A stretch of DNA of 58,420 nt from a virus (IMGVR_UViG_3300012936_000015:1-58420); one strand, 5' to 3'. Counted from the first letter of the stretch, positions 27,414 through 38,583 are shown. The notes: generated from the letters alone by a model not told the origin. A program made the numbers and translations.

Positions 27414-30400
27414 TTAAGTACATACATTACAATTATTTAGTATTATTGAGACTAAATTTTCATATCCGGCTAAAACTGTGGGGTAAGCTCCGGCCGCACT
27501 TACACATATAGTTACCGGAACCCCTGGAGTTAAAGCTTGTGTTTGAGTTACCCCCGAAGTGTCAGTATAAGTAAAGCTAATCAAAGCTCCATTTCCTGTG
27601 TTCTGAACACTATTTGTAGATATAGTGTATGAAGAAGTTTGTGCTGCCGGACAAGCGCATTGACAACACACTTGGTCTATATTTGCAGGGTCTTCAGTAG
27701 CGGAAGGAAAGTGACATAACTCTACAGCAGTGGAAACCCTATAATCATATATTAGATATAAGACCTCTTGCCCTCCACCTCCTGCCGCAGCAGGCATAGT
27801 GCCCGTTACGCTATTTACAACTTCAGATGGTGTAGTAACAGTAGGATTTAAAGCAGGATATGTTGCATTAGCTAAAAGGTTCTGAACTCCCGCATAATTA
27901 CTGCAGTTAAAAGTAGGTCCTAAACCCGCAGTGTTTAATCTAAAAAACCCTAACCTATGTCTTGTAGTGTCAAACACAAAATTATCTGTAGATAAAACCT
28001 GTGTAGAGCGCACAGTAATAGTAGAACCATCCGTGGGAAATTGGTCTTCACCCTGAAAACCTGTTAAAGGGTCACATAAAGAAACAACATAAGCTCCCAC
28101 GTTTCCTAATAAACCATTCGGCATATTAAGTAAGAAATCCGGAGTAGTGCTATTGTCAGGAAACACCGGAGACACAAAAGAACCGGCTGTATAAGTTAAT
28201 TGATTATGAACTCTTTCAGGAGAAGGTATTGCATATTGAGGAGAGTTAACAACTAATCTTCTAATAACTAATTCTGTAGGAACAGGACACTGAACCACAA
28301 ACGTAACGTTAAGAGCAGTGGTGTCAAAAAAAGCTATACTTGCAGTAGTGGGGTTTTGAGTAGATTTAGTAAACGATAAAAAATTAGTACCAACAGCAAC
28401 ATAATTAACACCATTATAAGTTGCTGTTATTACATCTACAATAGTTTCAGTTTCCACTGTTACCACCCCTACTGTTGTTCCTAATTCCACGTCAAATACA
28501 ATAGTGGTTGTGTTAAATTGATAATTAAACGTTGCACCACAAGCAATGGGAGGAACTTCACTTGGCAAATTTCTATCAATATTACTAAACACATATTCGC
28601 TCATGTATGGGTCATATCCTCCTAATTTTATTTCATTAGATTCTGCTATAAACAAATCTCTAAAGAAACTTCTCATACCATATTCTGAAATAACTTCTAA
28701 CTGTTCTGTACTATGACTCCCCCCCTGTAGTTTGATTATAGCTCCTCTTTTTTCATCACTAAAAAATTTATTGTAACCATACTCAGCATAGCTTTCGGGG
28801 TTTTTACTTATACCATATTCTTCTAACCTTGCTATTTGTGTTCCTAAAACCACAGGTGTAGCCGTTACAGCACCACCACCCGTTGAATCAGATAATAAAT
28901 TTTTACCTGATAACACATAAGAAATTTTATCTTCTTGTAATACAAGAATATCACTTTTTCTACCTACTAATTTTTGAACAGGACCAAATGAATCTTCAAG
29001 AGGTTTAAAATTAAGAAGACCTAAGTTAAACTCATTTAACTTGTTTATATTACTAAAATCATTGTAAACCCCGCTGTAAGTTAAATCTGCATATCTTTCT
29101 GCTCTACCATAGTCTTGTGAAGCAGTAGATGTTACCCTATTACCTAACGCGAAAGAATCTCCTTTTGCTGAGTCTCTAATGGTATAACTTTCACAACCAT
29201 TACCAAAACAATAACAATTATAATTACTTAATAAAATTAACGCAGGGGTTCCTGCTGCTATATCTTGGTCTTGGTCTCCTGGAGCAGTTCCGGATAAATG
29301 ATTACCATTAGCCCCTATAGGGTAGTTATCTGCACCTTCAAACCAAACATCCGGCAAGCCATCAGTAGGGATGGTTTCAAAAATTAATAAATTTACCGCT
29401 CTAAAAATAGTTATTTCACCTGAAACTTTTGACTTAGCCTTGTCAGTTGTTCCACAAGCTTCAGTTCCACTAATTAAAAATCTTATGTTTTGGTTACCTG
29501 AATCCTCAAACCATTGATAATAATTAACACACTCTTCTCCGTTACCATTTAAAGCATCTATATTATTTGTGGTAATATTTATATATGTATTACTTATATC
29601 ACATGCTCCATCATTACCTACAAAAGCTTCACCTGAATTTTCTTCTATAATGTTCCCAATATTTTCAGAGTTCCACCAATCAATAACAGTAGCATAAGTA
29701 TCTCCTACAATAAAATCACTTGGTTCATATTTATATGTTCTACGCTCACAGTAGCCTCCACCACCCCACTTTCCTCTTCTTTCGAATTCTAACCTTATAC
29801 GAACTCGTGTACCCGCGGGCAGTTCCAATGGTGCTCCATAGGTATTTGTAGTTGCATCAAAAGCATTAAATGCAGAAGGGCCTAGTTTTAAAACAGGACA
29901 TCCTGAACCGCTTCTTGTTTTTGATTGCCAACCCGTAGTGGTTATAGCATCTGCAGGAATATCTAAATTAACACCACTTGCTTTAATTTTCATATATACA
30001 CCTGCCGGAGCATCCGTAGAAGGACCTGAAGGGTCAGCAGGGTCTATAGGTATTTTAATAAATCCTTCTGGTTGAGATTTTTTTTCTAAAACTGTTAAGT
30101 ATTTACAAGAATTTATAGGACCGGACATATCTGCTTTAACTACCAAACGAGTACCATCTTCTACTTTTCGTGCATTTTCTCCTTCTAATAAAATATACGC
30201 ATCTGCTGAACCGGTAGCTTGAAACACTTGATTTGCAAAAATTGTTTCGTACGTAGTCCCCGATGGTTTAATGCAAAACTTATAACTTTGTGCCCACCAA
30301 GGAGCTATTTGTGAAGTTGGTATTTCGACACGTATTCTGTTTTGAGTATCACTTGAACTACATCCAATATGCACAGCATTATTTAAACTTGTAAAAGCTG

Positions 30401-32309
30401 TAGTTGCTCTTTTAAAAGCATCCATATAAACTATACCAACCTCATATCCCCGATTACTATGTAAACTAGGTGGGGCTGCAGGTGTTGTATAAAACACTTC
30501 AACTTCTTTTATTCTATAGTAATGTAAATAAGACTTGGAATCATCAGTGGTGTCATTAGGGGTTTGACAATATCTAATAGCAGGAAATGTAAAAATTAAA
30601 GAATCTCCCAACGCAGATACTTGTATGCCCTGCCCATAAGCATCTACTCCATAATCTACTTTATACAAACCAAAATCAGTAACAAATGGTGGTTGAGCGG
30701 GTTGATAAGGACTTAATGTAGTGGTGAACCCTTCAGGAACTTTTTGATTCCAAAGGTCTGTTAAGCTATTTCCTAAATCAGCAGTAACCATAGGTTGTGC
30801 ACCAAAAGTTCCAATAGCGGTTAAAAAATTAGGATTAGCTGCTAAATCAGCTACACCACCAAAATCAAGAGGTAGTGTGTAATCAAACTCTATTGTAAAG
30901 GGTGTAGGTGGTACGGCTTGAGCAATTGTAGCTTGCGGGTTAGTTGCAGTAGTCCCACCAAGAATCTGCTGATTAAAACCTGACAAACTTTCTATAGAAA
31001 AACTTAACACTGAGCCCGCCAACAAAGTACTTGCAACACTGCTTAAATCTAAAGTAAACTGAGCGTTTGCAACAGTTTCAGGTGCGGGGCCAATATTATA
31101 AGTAAAAGGACCAAAACTAGCACCCGTAGTTAAGTCTGCCTCTCCTATATCATCAGATTGAACAGAACACTGATAGTCAATTCGAGTTTCAGGAGAGTTT
31201 GGTTCATCTGCATTTTTTAAATCATAGTTTTCAACATAGTTTCCATAAACCAATCTATTACCCATTATAGTTTGCGCCTTAGCAAACCTAGGCACGTTAT
31301 CATATAATCTTAATATTTCTGAATCGGGTAAAACAGTAAGTATCTTGCTAGTATCAAACTGTCTGCTTAAAAATATATTATCAGCTATATTGTCTTTGCT
31401 GATTCTTTCCATTATTTTTATTATGCTATTATCATTATCTTTCCATAACAATTCAATACCTGTAACCAATTCGCTTCCCGTGTTAAAGGTTATATTAGCA
31501 AGATTAAAATTATTTATCATTCCCTCATTTAAAAAACTTTGAGGACTAAAAGCAAATGATTTAGGAATAAAAGCAGGGTTGCTAAATTGTGAAGTAGCTG
31601 AATATTCACCATCAGCATAACGATACCTATATGCAAAAGAAATAAACCTTTCTTCTAAAAAATCTATTTCATCAGGGCCACTAGATAATGAAACTGTTGG
31701 TGCATAAGTAGGAGGTTTTTTGATAACTCTTATTTCTTCAGCAGAAAAATTATCTGTACTTATTACGTTACCCCCCGAAATTGTTGGCGCACCATAAGCT
31801 CTATTTACATTAATACATCTTGGAGGGTTTCTATCATCTGTCCATAAAAGTAAATCATCTACTAAATTTACTCCTGTAATTACAAATTGAGGATTAAAAT
31901 TTAAAGTGCTCCTATTAGCTGTTCCCTCTTGAACGCTAACCAAGTGGTAAGATATTTGTCCCGTGTTATCGTTAAAAGATACAACCAAATCTAATATGGT
32001 GGTTGTTACAACCCCCCCACCTACTGCTCCCGTAAATGCCGGGTCATGAACAAACCAATAAATAGTTTCGCTTTCATTATCAGGGATAGAACCTATACAT
32101 ACTGCACTGTCAGAAAGTTCTGTATTGTTAAACTGAAGAGTAGTAATTTTAGTATTACCCCTAGTTATTTCTATTGAACCAATTTCGGTATCTTCTGTAG
32201 AACCTAAACGCAAATTTTGAGCGTCTACATATTCTCCGGGTGGCAGTAAACGTTCATCTACCGACTTATTCATTTTACCTGCCGCAAATGTTCTTTTTAC
32301 CTGTACCAT
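27414..32309 (-). CDS. Tail nozzle / stabilization protein (P22 gp10 / crAss muzzle-like)
   Basis: N-terminal FAAGKMNKSVDERLLPPGEYVDAQN; LLWTDDRNPPRCIN; FAYRYRYADGEYS; GNRLVYGNY; YGISKNPES. Confidence 0.78.
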   Translation of the reverse strand: MVQVKRTFAAGKMNKSVDERLLPPGEYVDAQNLRLGSTEDTEIGSIEITRGNTKITTLQFNNTELSDSAVCIGSIPDNESETIYWFVHDPAFTGAVGGGVVTTTILDLVVSFNDNTGQISYHLVSVQEGTANRSTLNFNPQFVITGVNLVDDLLLWTDDRNPPRCINVNRAYGAPTISGGNVISTDNFSAEEIRVIKKPPTYAPTVSLSSGPDEIDFLEERFISFAYRYRYADGEYSATSQFSNPAFIPKSFAFSPQSFLNEGMINNFNLANITFNTGSELVTGIELLWKDNDNSIIKIMERISKDNIADNIFLSRQFDTSKILTVLPDSEILRLYDNVPRFAKAQTIMGNRLVYGNYVENYDLKNADEPNSPETRIDYQCSVQSDDIGEADLTTGASFGPFTYNIGPAPETVANAQFTLDLSSVASTLLAGSVLSFSIESLSGFNQQILGGTTATNPQATIAQAVPPTPFTIEFDYTLPLDFGGVADLAANPNFLTAIGTFGAQPMVTADLGNSLTDLWNQKVPEGFTTTLSPYQPAQPPFVTDFGLYKVDYGVDAYGQGIQVSALGDSLIFTFPAIRYCQTPNDTTDDSKSYLHYYRIKEVEVFYTTPAAPPSLHSNRGYEVGIVYMDAFKRATTAFTSLNNAVHIGCSSSDTQNRIRVEIPTSQIAPWWAQSYKFCIKPSGTTYETIFANQVFQATGSADAYILLEGENARKVEDGTRLVVKADMSGPINSCKYLTVLEKKSQPEGFIKIPIDPADPSGPSTDAPAGVYMKIKASGVNLDIPADAITTTGWQSKTRSGSGCPVLKLGPSAFNAFDATTNTYGAPLELPAGTRVRIRLEFERRGKWGGGGYCERRTYKYEPSDFIVGDTYATVIDWWNSENIGNIIEENSGEAFVGNDGACDISNTYINITTNNIDALNGNGEECVNYYQWFEDSGNQNIRFLISGTEACGTTDKAKSKVSGEITIFRAVNLLIFETIPTDGLPDVWFEGADNYPIGANGNHLSGTAPGDQDQDIAAGTPALILLSNYNCYCFGNGCESYTIRDSAKGDSFALGNRVTSTASQDYGRAERYADLTYSGVYNDFSNINKLNEFNLGLLNFKPLEDSFGPVQKLVGRKSDILVLQEDKISYVLSGKNLLSDSTGGGAVTATPVVLGTQIARLEEYGISKNPESYAEYGYNKFFSDEKRGAIIKLQGGSHSTEQLEVISEYGMRSFFRDLFIAESNEIKLGGYDPYMSEYVFSNIDRNLPSEVPPIACGATFNYQFNTTTIVFDVELGTTVGVVTVETETIVDVITATYNGVNYVAVGTNFLSFTKSTQNPTTASIAFFDTTALNVTFVVQCPVPTELVIRRLVVNSPQYAIPSPERVHNQLTYTAGSFVSPVFPDNSTTPDFLLNMPNGLLGNVGAYVVSLCDPLTGFQGEDQFPTDGSTITVRSTQVLSTDNFVFDTTRHRLGFFRLNTAGLGPTFNCSNYAGVQNLLANATYPALNPTVTTPSEVVNSVTGTMPAAAGGGGQEVLYLIYDYRVSTAVELCHFPSATEDPANIDQVCCQCACPAAQTSSYTISTNSVQNTGNGALISFTYTDTSGVTQTQALTPGVPVTICVSAAGAYPTVLAGYENLVSIILNNCNVCT

Positions 32310-33232
32310 TATTTAATCCATTTTTCTCTACCTCTTAAATTCATTAAGAGTCTGCCTGAGTGAATATTACTTAGTCTAAGCTTAGCATTTCTCATCAAAG
32401 CACTTTTTCTTTTTCTTTTCCTAGCAACTATATATTCTTGAACACCAAACTTACTTGATAGTATTGCATAATCTATATAAGCATATAAATAATCTTCAAA
32501 CAACTTGTTTACAGAAACTTTTGAGTCATTACCTCCTTCCATTCCATCGGAAATATATTCTAAAACACATTGCTCACCAATCATAGTAGAGTTAAAATTT
32601 ATAACACCTCCCTTTTTATCTATTCTAAATGTAGGATTCATATTAGCTGTTTCTGTGTTTAAGCCATAGCGAGCTCCTATATTATAATCAAAATACCAAC
32701 TACCTTCATAATAATATCCCTCTTGTCCATCAAAAGGATTGTTTTGATTTAGGTATATACTTTTTTTAGTGCCAGATATTCTATCTAAATCTAGGGGAGA
32801 AAATTGTGGACTAAGTATATTACCATCTTGGTCATATAAATAATTACCTTGATTATCTTTTAAATATGCCAAAGCTGTATTAGCTTGTATGTTTTCTGTT
32901 AATGGTCTTAAACAACCATCTTTGTATAAAGATATTCTAACCCAATTTACATAATCAGGAGGTAGTATCATAAAAGCTTGACTATTAACCTCTACTTGTA
33001 ATATTTTAACTTCTTTAAAAGCATCATAGTTTAACTCTTGAATTGCCCTTTTAGCATGAAATAATACTTTATATCTCTCTTCGTTGGACACAAGTGTGTC
33101 ATTATCATTATAGATTAACATATAATTATTAACTATATCAACTAAACTAATATATTGATAAGACCCCCAATTTGTGTCTATAGGAGATGCACCATTATTT
33201 GTATAATATTCTAAGTCTGATATATAAGCCAT
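32309..33232 (-). CDS. Putative head-tail ring/adaptor protein
   Basis: AKRAIQELNYD, LPPDYVNWVRI and LEYISDG motifs; directly upstream of the nozzle gene. Confidence 0.6.
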   Translation of the reverse strand: MAYISDLEYYTNNGASPIDTNWGSYQYISLVDIVNNYMLIYNDNDTLVSNEERYKVLFHAKRAIQELNYDAFKEVKILQVEVNSQAFMILPPDYVNWVRISLYKDGCLRPLTENIQANTALAYLKDNQGNYLYDQDGNILSPQFSPLDLDRISGTKKSIYLNQNNPFDGQEGYYYEGSWYFDYNIGARYGLNTETANMNPTFRIDKKGGVINFNSTMIGEQCVLEYISDGMEGGNDSKVSVNKLFEDYLYAYIDYAILSSKFGVQEYIVARKRKRKSALMRNAKLRLSNIHSGRLLMNLRGREKWIK

Positions 33233-33234
33233 AA

Positions 33235-34302
33235 TTATTTAGTTTTTTGTTCATTATCTTCAGCAGCCTCTAAAGCTTGACCATATTGAACCGCTTGAAC
33301 TTCTCTAATTGTAAGTCCTCCATATTGTAAAATTCTTGCTACTAAATCTTGAAAATTATCATCGGGTAACTCAAAATCTTGATAGTCAGCAGCACTCTCG
33401 TTAAATAAAGCTCTACCCGATACTGTCAAATAACTCCAATTAGGTCTTTTAGGGTATCTTATATATTGACAAAATACCATTCCTTTTTCATTTATAGTTT
33501 CAATAGGATATATTTCTGCAGCTTGATTGCCCGAATCTTTATCTCCTCGTAAAACGTATGCAGGGAACTGAGTGTTTGGGGCTGTCAAGTTAGAACCTGT
33601 TAAGTTAAATATTTTTTTCTGACTAACCTTTTCTATTTCTATCAATCCTTTTTTAGAAAATATTTTAAAAGAAGGTAATGTAGCTCCGTTTCTCCATATA
33701 AATAAATCTGATGTATATATTTGCATAGGAGGACCGGGTGTTACAAAAGACATTAAAGTAGATACAGGATATTCTGTAGCAGGGTCTCCTGCAGGTAGTA
33801 AATTAACTACGTAGTCACCAACAGACAATGCGGGACCTGTATCAAATCCAAAGTTTCCTCCTATATTATTACCTTTATCGGGAAAAGCAGTAGGTAAAGA
33901 AGTAACAGAAGCAGCAGGTATATCATATAATAAAGTAGGTAAATAAAACAATTTATTTATAAAATAATAATCATAAGGTAAACTATACAAATTATTTATA
34001 ACATTGCTATTAGCATTAACCGACCAATTTGCCGATTGAGGTTGAAAACTTTGATTAGTCAAAGCTACCGTTTCTGAAAAAATACTAATAGTTTCTTCTA
34101 TGCCTTTTGCAATATCAGGGTAGCCTGTATCTGCTCTTCTAGTTGCTCTCTTTGCGATTTGCATATTATAGTCCATAAACAAATCTTCAAAAATATCTAA
34201 CTGTGCTTGATGAGCAAACAAGTTAAATTCTTGCGGAGTCATATATCCGTAATTATTTTTGTTCAGCAGAGCTAAACACATTTGGTATACTTGGTTAATC
34301 AT
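33235..34302 (-). CDS. Putative head-tail ring/adaptor protein
   Basis: NKNNYGYMTPQEFNLFA...AQ and YIRYPKRP motifs, as in crAss-like ring proteins. Confidence 0.6.
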   Translation of the reverse strand: MINQVYQMCLALLNKNNYGYMTPQEFNLFAHQAQLDIFEDLFMDYNMQIAKRATRRADTGYPDIAKGIEETISIFSETVALTNQSFQPQSANWSVNANSNVINNLYSLPYDYYFINKLFYLPTLLYDIPAASVTSLPTAFPDKGNNIGGNFGFDTGPALSVGDYVVNLLPAGDPATEYPVSTLMSFVTPGPPMQIYTSDLFIWRNGATLPSFKIFSKKGLIEIEKVSQKKIFNLTGSNLTAPNTQFPAYVLRGDKDSGNQAAEIYPIETINEKGMVFCQYIRYPKRPNWSYLTVSGRALFNESAADYQDFELPDDNFQDLVARILQYGGLTIREVQAVQYGQALEAAEDNEQKTK

Positions 34303-34343
34303 AAATACAAAGATAATAAAAAAAAAAGGTGGGCTATTTTTTT

Positions 34344-34706
34344 TTAAGGTATCCGTTTCATAGAAATGTTTGTTATAAATAAAGGTGGTAATTGTTGTAC
34401 CGGTGGCGCATAAGGTTCGGGTAAAGGAAAATCATAACTTACTTCAGTAGAACCCATGCCTGTTCTTGCTGTTTGAAAAGCATTTTTAAAGCCTGTAATA
34501 ACTCTTTTGTTTATATCTTTAGTGTGAGTTAGTTGAACAAAAACTCCAGAGTTATAATAAATATTTATTTGAGTATCACTAGCTCGTTCACAGAATAACA
34601 TACCCTCTACCGGCAAGTATTCTTTTTGATAAGGATTTATAGCACTTTCTGTTTTATTCCAAAAATAAAAACATATATACTTATAATTTTGTGAAACTAT
34701 TGACAT
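34344..34706 (-). CDS. Hypothetical (possible virion) protein
   Basis: 120-aa ORF with its own TATCTTTG element upstream. Confidence 0.7.
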   Translation of the reverse strand: MSIVSQNYKYICFYFWNKTESAINPYQKEYLPVEGMLFCERASDTQINIYYNSGVFVQLTHTKDINKRVITGFKNAFQTARTGMGSTEVSYDFPLPEPYAPPVQQLPPLFITNISMKRIP

Positions 34707-34720
34707 AAAGCAAAGATAAT

Positions 34721-34745
34721 AAAAAAAGGGGACTAGTGTCCCCTT
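34721..34745 (-). terminator. Rho-independent terminator
   Basis: AAGGGGAC/GTCCCCTT stem; the A-run gives a U-tract on the - strand. Confidence 0.8.
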
Positions 34746-34769
34746 CTTTACTAAGTAGCGATTTAACTA

Positions 34770-35090
34770 TTAACCTATTGCAATACTTGAAATAGTTGCT
34801 GCCGCTCCTGTAGCATCAACTAAACCGGTTAAATCAACATCATATTTTGGACTTTTCCATGATGTTTGAAGAGCCGTAAGTATGGAGTCTTGAATACGGT
34901 CTTTTGCGCTTTCGTCAGAAGCTGCAAAAGCTGCACTAAAAGTAATAGTTGCAACATCTGTATTTGCATCTGAACCATAATACGTTAACGTAACCGTAGA
35001 TGTACTAGCTTGCAGTACTGTTATAACTCCGTTTATAGATAATAATTGTGGTGTTCCCCCATCTATAGGGAATGATAAAAATTTTTGCAT
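34770..35090 (-). CDS. Putative capsid decoration / small structural protein
   Basis: 106 aa, Ala/Thr-rich and beta-type; close to the capsid gene. Confidence 0.55.
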   Translation of the reverse strand: MQKFLSFPIDGGTPQLLSINGVITVLQASTSTVTLTYYGSDANTDVATITFSAAFAASDESAKDRIQDSILTALQTSWKSPKYDVDLTGLVDATGAAATISSIAIG

Positions 35091-35145
35091 AATATAAAAA
35101 ATAAAATATTTATGTGAGACTATTCTCGATACAAAGATACATTAT

Positions 35146-35883
35146 TTATTTAAGTGTTTTCTCAAGCAACTTTAATGCCTGCTCACCTTCTTCACTCTGT
35201 AAATAACTCGCAACTATATATACATCGTCTTCACCGGCAGGAACTACCACCATTCTCTTTTTATTTGATTTGGTGTTGAAATAAATATCTTTGCCTCTTT
35301 TTAATAAAATTCCTTCATCAAAAAACATTTGAACTTTTGCATTGAACTTTAACTGAGGGTCATTGATAAGATTAATAAACTCTTCAGGTTCATTTTTAGC
35401 AAAGACCAATATATCTCTTCTTATTTCTGCCGTACTTATTCTTGTAACATCTCCAAATAATACTCTACCAATCTCAACAACTTGCTCAACACTTAAAGAA
35501 CGAGCTTCTATAAGAGCATCAACCTGTAAATTTAAAGTTTCTACATCTTGTCTAGCATCTTTTTCATTGTTTATTTCTTCAAACTTTGTGCCATTTAAAG
35601 GATGTATTTCTAAAAATTTTTGCAGTAATTGATTTTGTTTTGGAACAAATAACATTCCATCTTCGAATATAATTGGTTCTAATATTACATTAGAATCTTG
35701 TTCATCTTCATAAATGCTTTTTTGATTAGCAGAATACCTAAGAGGTCTATTGACTCCTGTTTCTTCATCAAAGTGTAATATGGGAAATCGTCTTGTGTGA
35801 CGTGTGGGAAGCATATAGGATAGGGGTTGTTTGTTGCTTAATAACCTATATGACTTATCTTCAAATTTTTGTTTCTTTTTCAT
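35146..35883 (-). CDS. Hypothetical protein downstream of the capsid gene (probable virion/cargo protein)
   Basis: 245 aa; LRYSANQKSIYEDEQ and IIFEDGMLFVP motifs. Confidence 0.7.
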   Translation of the reverse strand: MKKKQKFEDKSYRLLSNKQPLSYMLPTRHTRRFPILHFDEETGVNRPLRYSANQKSIYEDEQDSNVILEPIIFEDGMLFVPKQNQLLQKFLEIHPLNGTKFEEINNEKDARQDVETLNLQVDALIEARSLSVEQVVEIGRVLFGDVTRISTAEIRRDILVFAKNEPEEFINLINDPQLKFNAKVQMFFDEGILLKRGKDIYFNTKSNKKRMVVVPAGEDDVYIVASYLQSEEGEQALKLLEKTLK

Positions 35884-35925
35884 TTTAATTTAATTTAATA
35901 TAATTTACTATTTAAAAGATAATAA

Positions 35926-35949
35926 GAGTGTCTCCTTAAAGAGACACTC
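35926..35949. repeat. Palindrome-family hairpin GAGTGTCTC-CTTAAA-GAGACACTC after the capsid gene
   Basis: Perfect 9-bp stem 17 nt downstream of the MCP stop. Confidence 0.85.
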
Positions 35950-35966
35950 CAATTATCAACCATCAA

Positions 35967-37421
35967 CTATGCGTTGAAAATTACAAAGTTGTTAGCACCT
36001 AAAGTACAAACACATCTTTCTGATAAAAAGTTTACTTGCATTTTATCAATATCAGATGCAGATGCACCTCCTGCTGAACCTGTAATCCACGTTTTGTAAC
36101 GTCTGTCTTCAGCTTGTGAAGCTCGGTATCTTACGTGTAAGAAAGGTCTTTTTGCATTTTTACCAAGAATTTGGTCATAAACGGTTGTAGAACCCGCAGG
36201 CACTAATAAACCATTTACTGCACCTCCTCCTGCTACTGCAGATAGACCTCCTCTCATTGTTGGGTCATTTAAGTATTTCCAATCTGACTTGTAAAAGTCA
36301 TATCCTCTTCGGAATCCTGTGAAACCTAGATTCAATGCCATTTCCTCATCATTATCGAATAAACCATAAGATGTACCACCTACACCATAAGAGTTTTGTG
36401 CCGCTAACATATCATCGATGTCAAAACCGAAGTCTCTGTTTACAAACACTACGTTCTCTTCAATAGCACCTTGCTTATCTAGTCTTGAAATAACTGTATC
36501 CCAATCAGCTAGAGCAACAGGGTTACCACCAGCCCAAACGTTTCCTCTTTGGTTTATAGTGTAAAAAATTCCTTCAGAACCTTTATTACCTATGCCATCA
36601 GCGTTAGTAGTAGCTATACCTGCCACACCTGAACCCGGGTCAGCCGGAACTGCTTCAATCATTGCAGTTTCAAGATAATCGTCAAAACGTAATCTTGTTT
36701 CATGCTCTGATTTTAAATACCATAAGTATCCTGATGCACCATCTTCAGTAGTCACTTCTACCCATCCTATTTGCGCCATATCTGAACCTGATACTGTGTA
36801 AGTATCTTTTAAGATAATTGGCGAATTATTAAAGAATAAGTCGTCAGCTTCTAATGAACCTTGCATACCTTGAGCTCCTTTTACAAATTCAGAACCGTAA
36901 ATAAATACAGTAAATGTGTCAGCCGCTCCACATGTAAAACCTGCTGCATCATAAAACTTTACAGTAAAAGTGTCTGCTGCACCGGCATTTAATGTAACAT
37001 TTGAAACTATCGCTTTATGAGAAGAAGAACCATTATTGTTTTGAATAAAAACAGTTTGACCTTTTCTAATAGCGATGTCAGTAGTAGCAGGAACATATCC
37101 CGCTTGAGCGTTTACTATAAATTGCTGTGTGTCTACAGCAGGAGCTACCGCTCCACCACCTGGTATTGCTATGTTTGTATATTTTGTATGTAACCTTCCT
37201 TGCTCCGCCCAACTAATTTGGTCAGACATTGAAGGCATTTCTGCTCCCACCATTCTTAAGAATGAAGAGATAGTTCTATTACCATATCTTTCAAATTCCT
37301 TTTCAAAAGTATCAGGTAGATACTGATTCAAGAAATCAAAATTAGTAATATAGTTTGATTGTAGGGCTACTTGCTCCGCATTTGGAAACAACTGAAACCC
37401 TGGGGTTGCTTGTATTGCCAT
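35967..37421 (-). CDS. Major capsid protein
   Basis: 484 aa following the scaffold gene; WAEQGRLH, YGSEF.KG, RFDDYLE and GSEG motifs; downstream hairpin. Confidence 0.85.
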   Translation of the reverse strand: MAIQATPGFQLFPNAEQVALQSNYITNFDFLNQYLPDTFEKEFERYGNRTISSFLRMVGAEMPSMSDQISWAEQGRLHTKYTNIAIPGGGAVAPAVDTQQFIVNAQAGYVPATTDIAIRKGQTVFIQNNNGSSSHKAIVSNVTLNAGAADTFTVKFYDAAGFTCGAADTFTVFIYGSEFVKGAQGMQGSLEADDLFFNNSPIILKDTYTVSGSDMAQIGWVEVTTEDGASGYLWYLKSEHETRLRFDDYLETAMIEAVPADPGSGVAGIATTNADGIGNKGSEGIFYTINQRGNVWAGGNPVALADWDTVISRLDKQGAIEENVVFVNRDFGFDIDDMLAAQNSYGVGGTSYGLFDNDEEMALNLGFTGFRRGYDFYKSDWKYLNDPTMRGGLSAVAGGGAVNGLLVPAGSTTVYDQILGKNAKRPFLHVRYRASQAEDRRYKTWITGSAGGASASDIDKMQVNFLSERCVCTLGANNFVIFNA

Positions 37422-37443
37422 TTTTAACTAATTTTTTTTATTA

Positions 37444-38583
37444 TTAACTCTTTTTAAAACTTTTTATTCTTAAACCACGTCCACTATCAGTGTTTAGTGA
37501 TTTAATTCTCATCCCTCCTTTACTAGTTACTTCAGGTGCGTTACGTGTAGACATTTTTATATTTTTAGTCTTACGCATCACATCTTCAGCAGCAGCAGAC
37601 TTGCCTTGCTCATAAAAGAACTGAGCAAATCTTTGGGGATTCATAGCCGCAGATAATGCCATGTGATATTTAGAAGCATCTTTAATTAAGCCATTTTCAT
37701 CTAAATGTTTAGATAAAAACTTTTCAGGACTTAACTGTTGCTTTTTAATATCATCAGCGCTACCGGGTGAATAAACTAGTTTTTGCTCCCCTATTTGCAA
37801 TTCAAAACCTTTGAACTCAGGATTAAAAACCTCGTTGGTTCGTTTAATAAAATACTCACGTTTTCTATTAACTTCCTCTTCAGCCGTCTTTGCGTCCTTA
37901 ACATATTGCTTATAGTTTTTTAAAATATTTTTATCCTCATCCGAAAGACTTTCTCCTCTTGACTCAACAGGTTGTCTGTAATTTTCTTTGAGTGAATTAA
38001 AATATTTCTTTGCCTTAGCAATATTCTTTTTTTTCTCTAACTTCTTTTTTCTTATAACATCAGGCTCGTCAACTTCTTTGTCATAAGAAAAGTCTTGTAG
38101 CATATAGCTAACATCTTCTTCATCTAATCCCTCTTCAGTAGCCATATAGTACTCTTTTAGTAGAGTATCTTCAGGTATGGTGTTAAAGTCTTTGTTAAGC
38201 TTAACATAGTCTTCAAAACCTCTACCCGTTTCTTTTCTATATTTTAAATAAGCAGAAACATCTTCAGGCAACTCTTCTTTATCCTCTCTCTCCCTGAATA
38301 ATTCATCTACCGATTTTATTTCTTTATTATACCTTTCATTTATATGTGAAAGTATATCATCTTCACTTAAGGCTTTTTTCTCTTCTTCCTGAGCCTTTTG
38401 TGTCGGAGGAACATCTTGTGTTTTTTCAACACTATTTGTTTCCTCTTTAGTTTCTGCAACAACCTGTTCTGTAGCTTGTTGTTTTTCTTCGTGTTTTTGT
38501 AGAAGTTCTTTTTCAATCTCTTGTTTAGATTTTTCTTCTACATGCTCTACAGCTTTTACTTTTATGTTTTTATTTAATTCCAT
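37444..38583 (-). CDS. Capsid scaffolding protein
   Basis: Acidic coiled-coil protein directly upstream of the MCP; FYEQGK motif. Confidence 0.7.
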   Translation of the reverse strand: MELNKNIKVKAVEHVEEKSKQEIEKELLQKHEEKQQATEQVVAETKEETNSVEKTQDVPPTQKAQEEEKKALSEDDILSHINERYNKEIKSVDELFREREDKEELPEDVSAYLKYRKETGRGFEDYVKLNKDFNTIPEDTLLKEYYMATEEGLDEEDVSYMLQDFSYDKEVDEPDVIRKKKLEKKKNIAKAKKYFNSLKENYRQPVESRGESLSDEDKNILKNYKQYVKDAKTAEEEVNRKREYFIKRTNEVFNPEFKGFELQIGEQKLVYSPGSADDIKKQQLSPEKFLSKHLDENGLIKDASKYHMALSAAMNPQRFAQFFYEQGKSAAAEDVMRKTKNIKMSTRNAPEVTSKGGMRIKSLNTDSGRGLRIKSFKKS

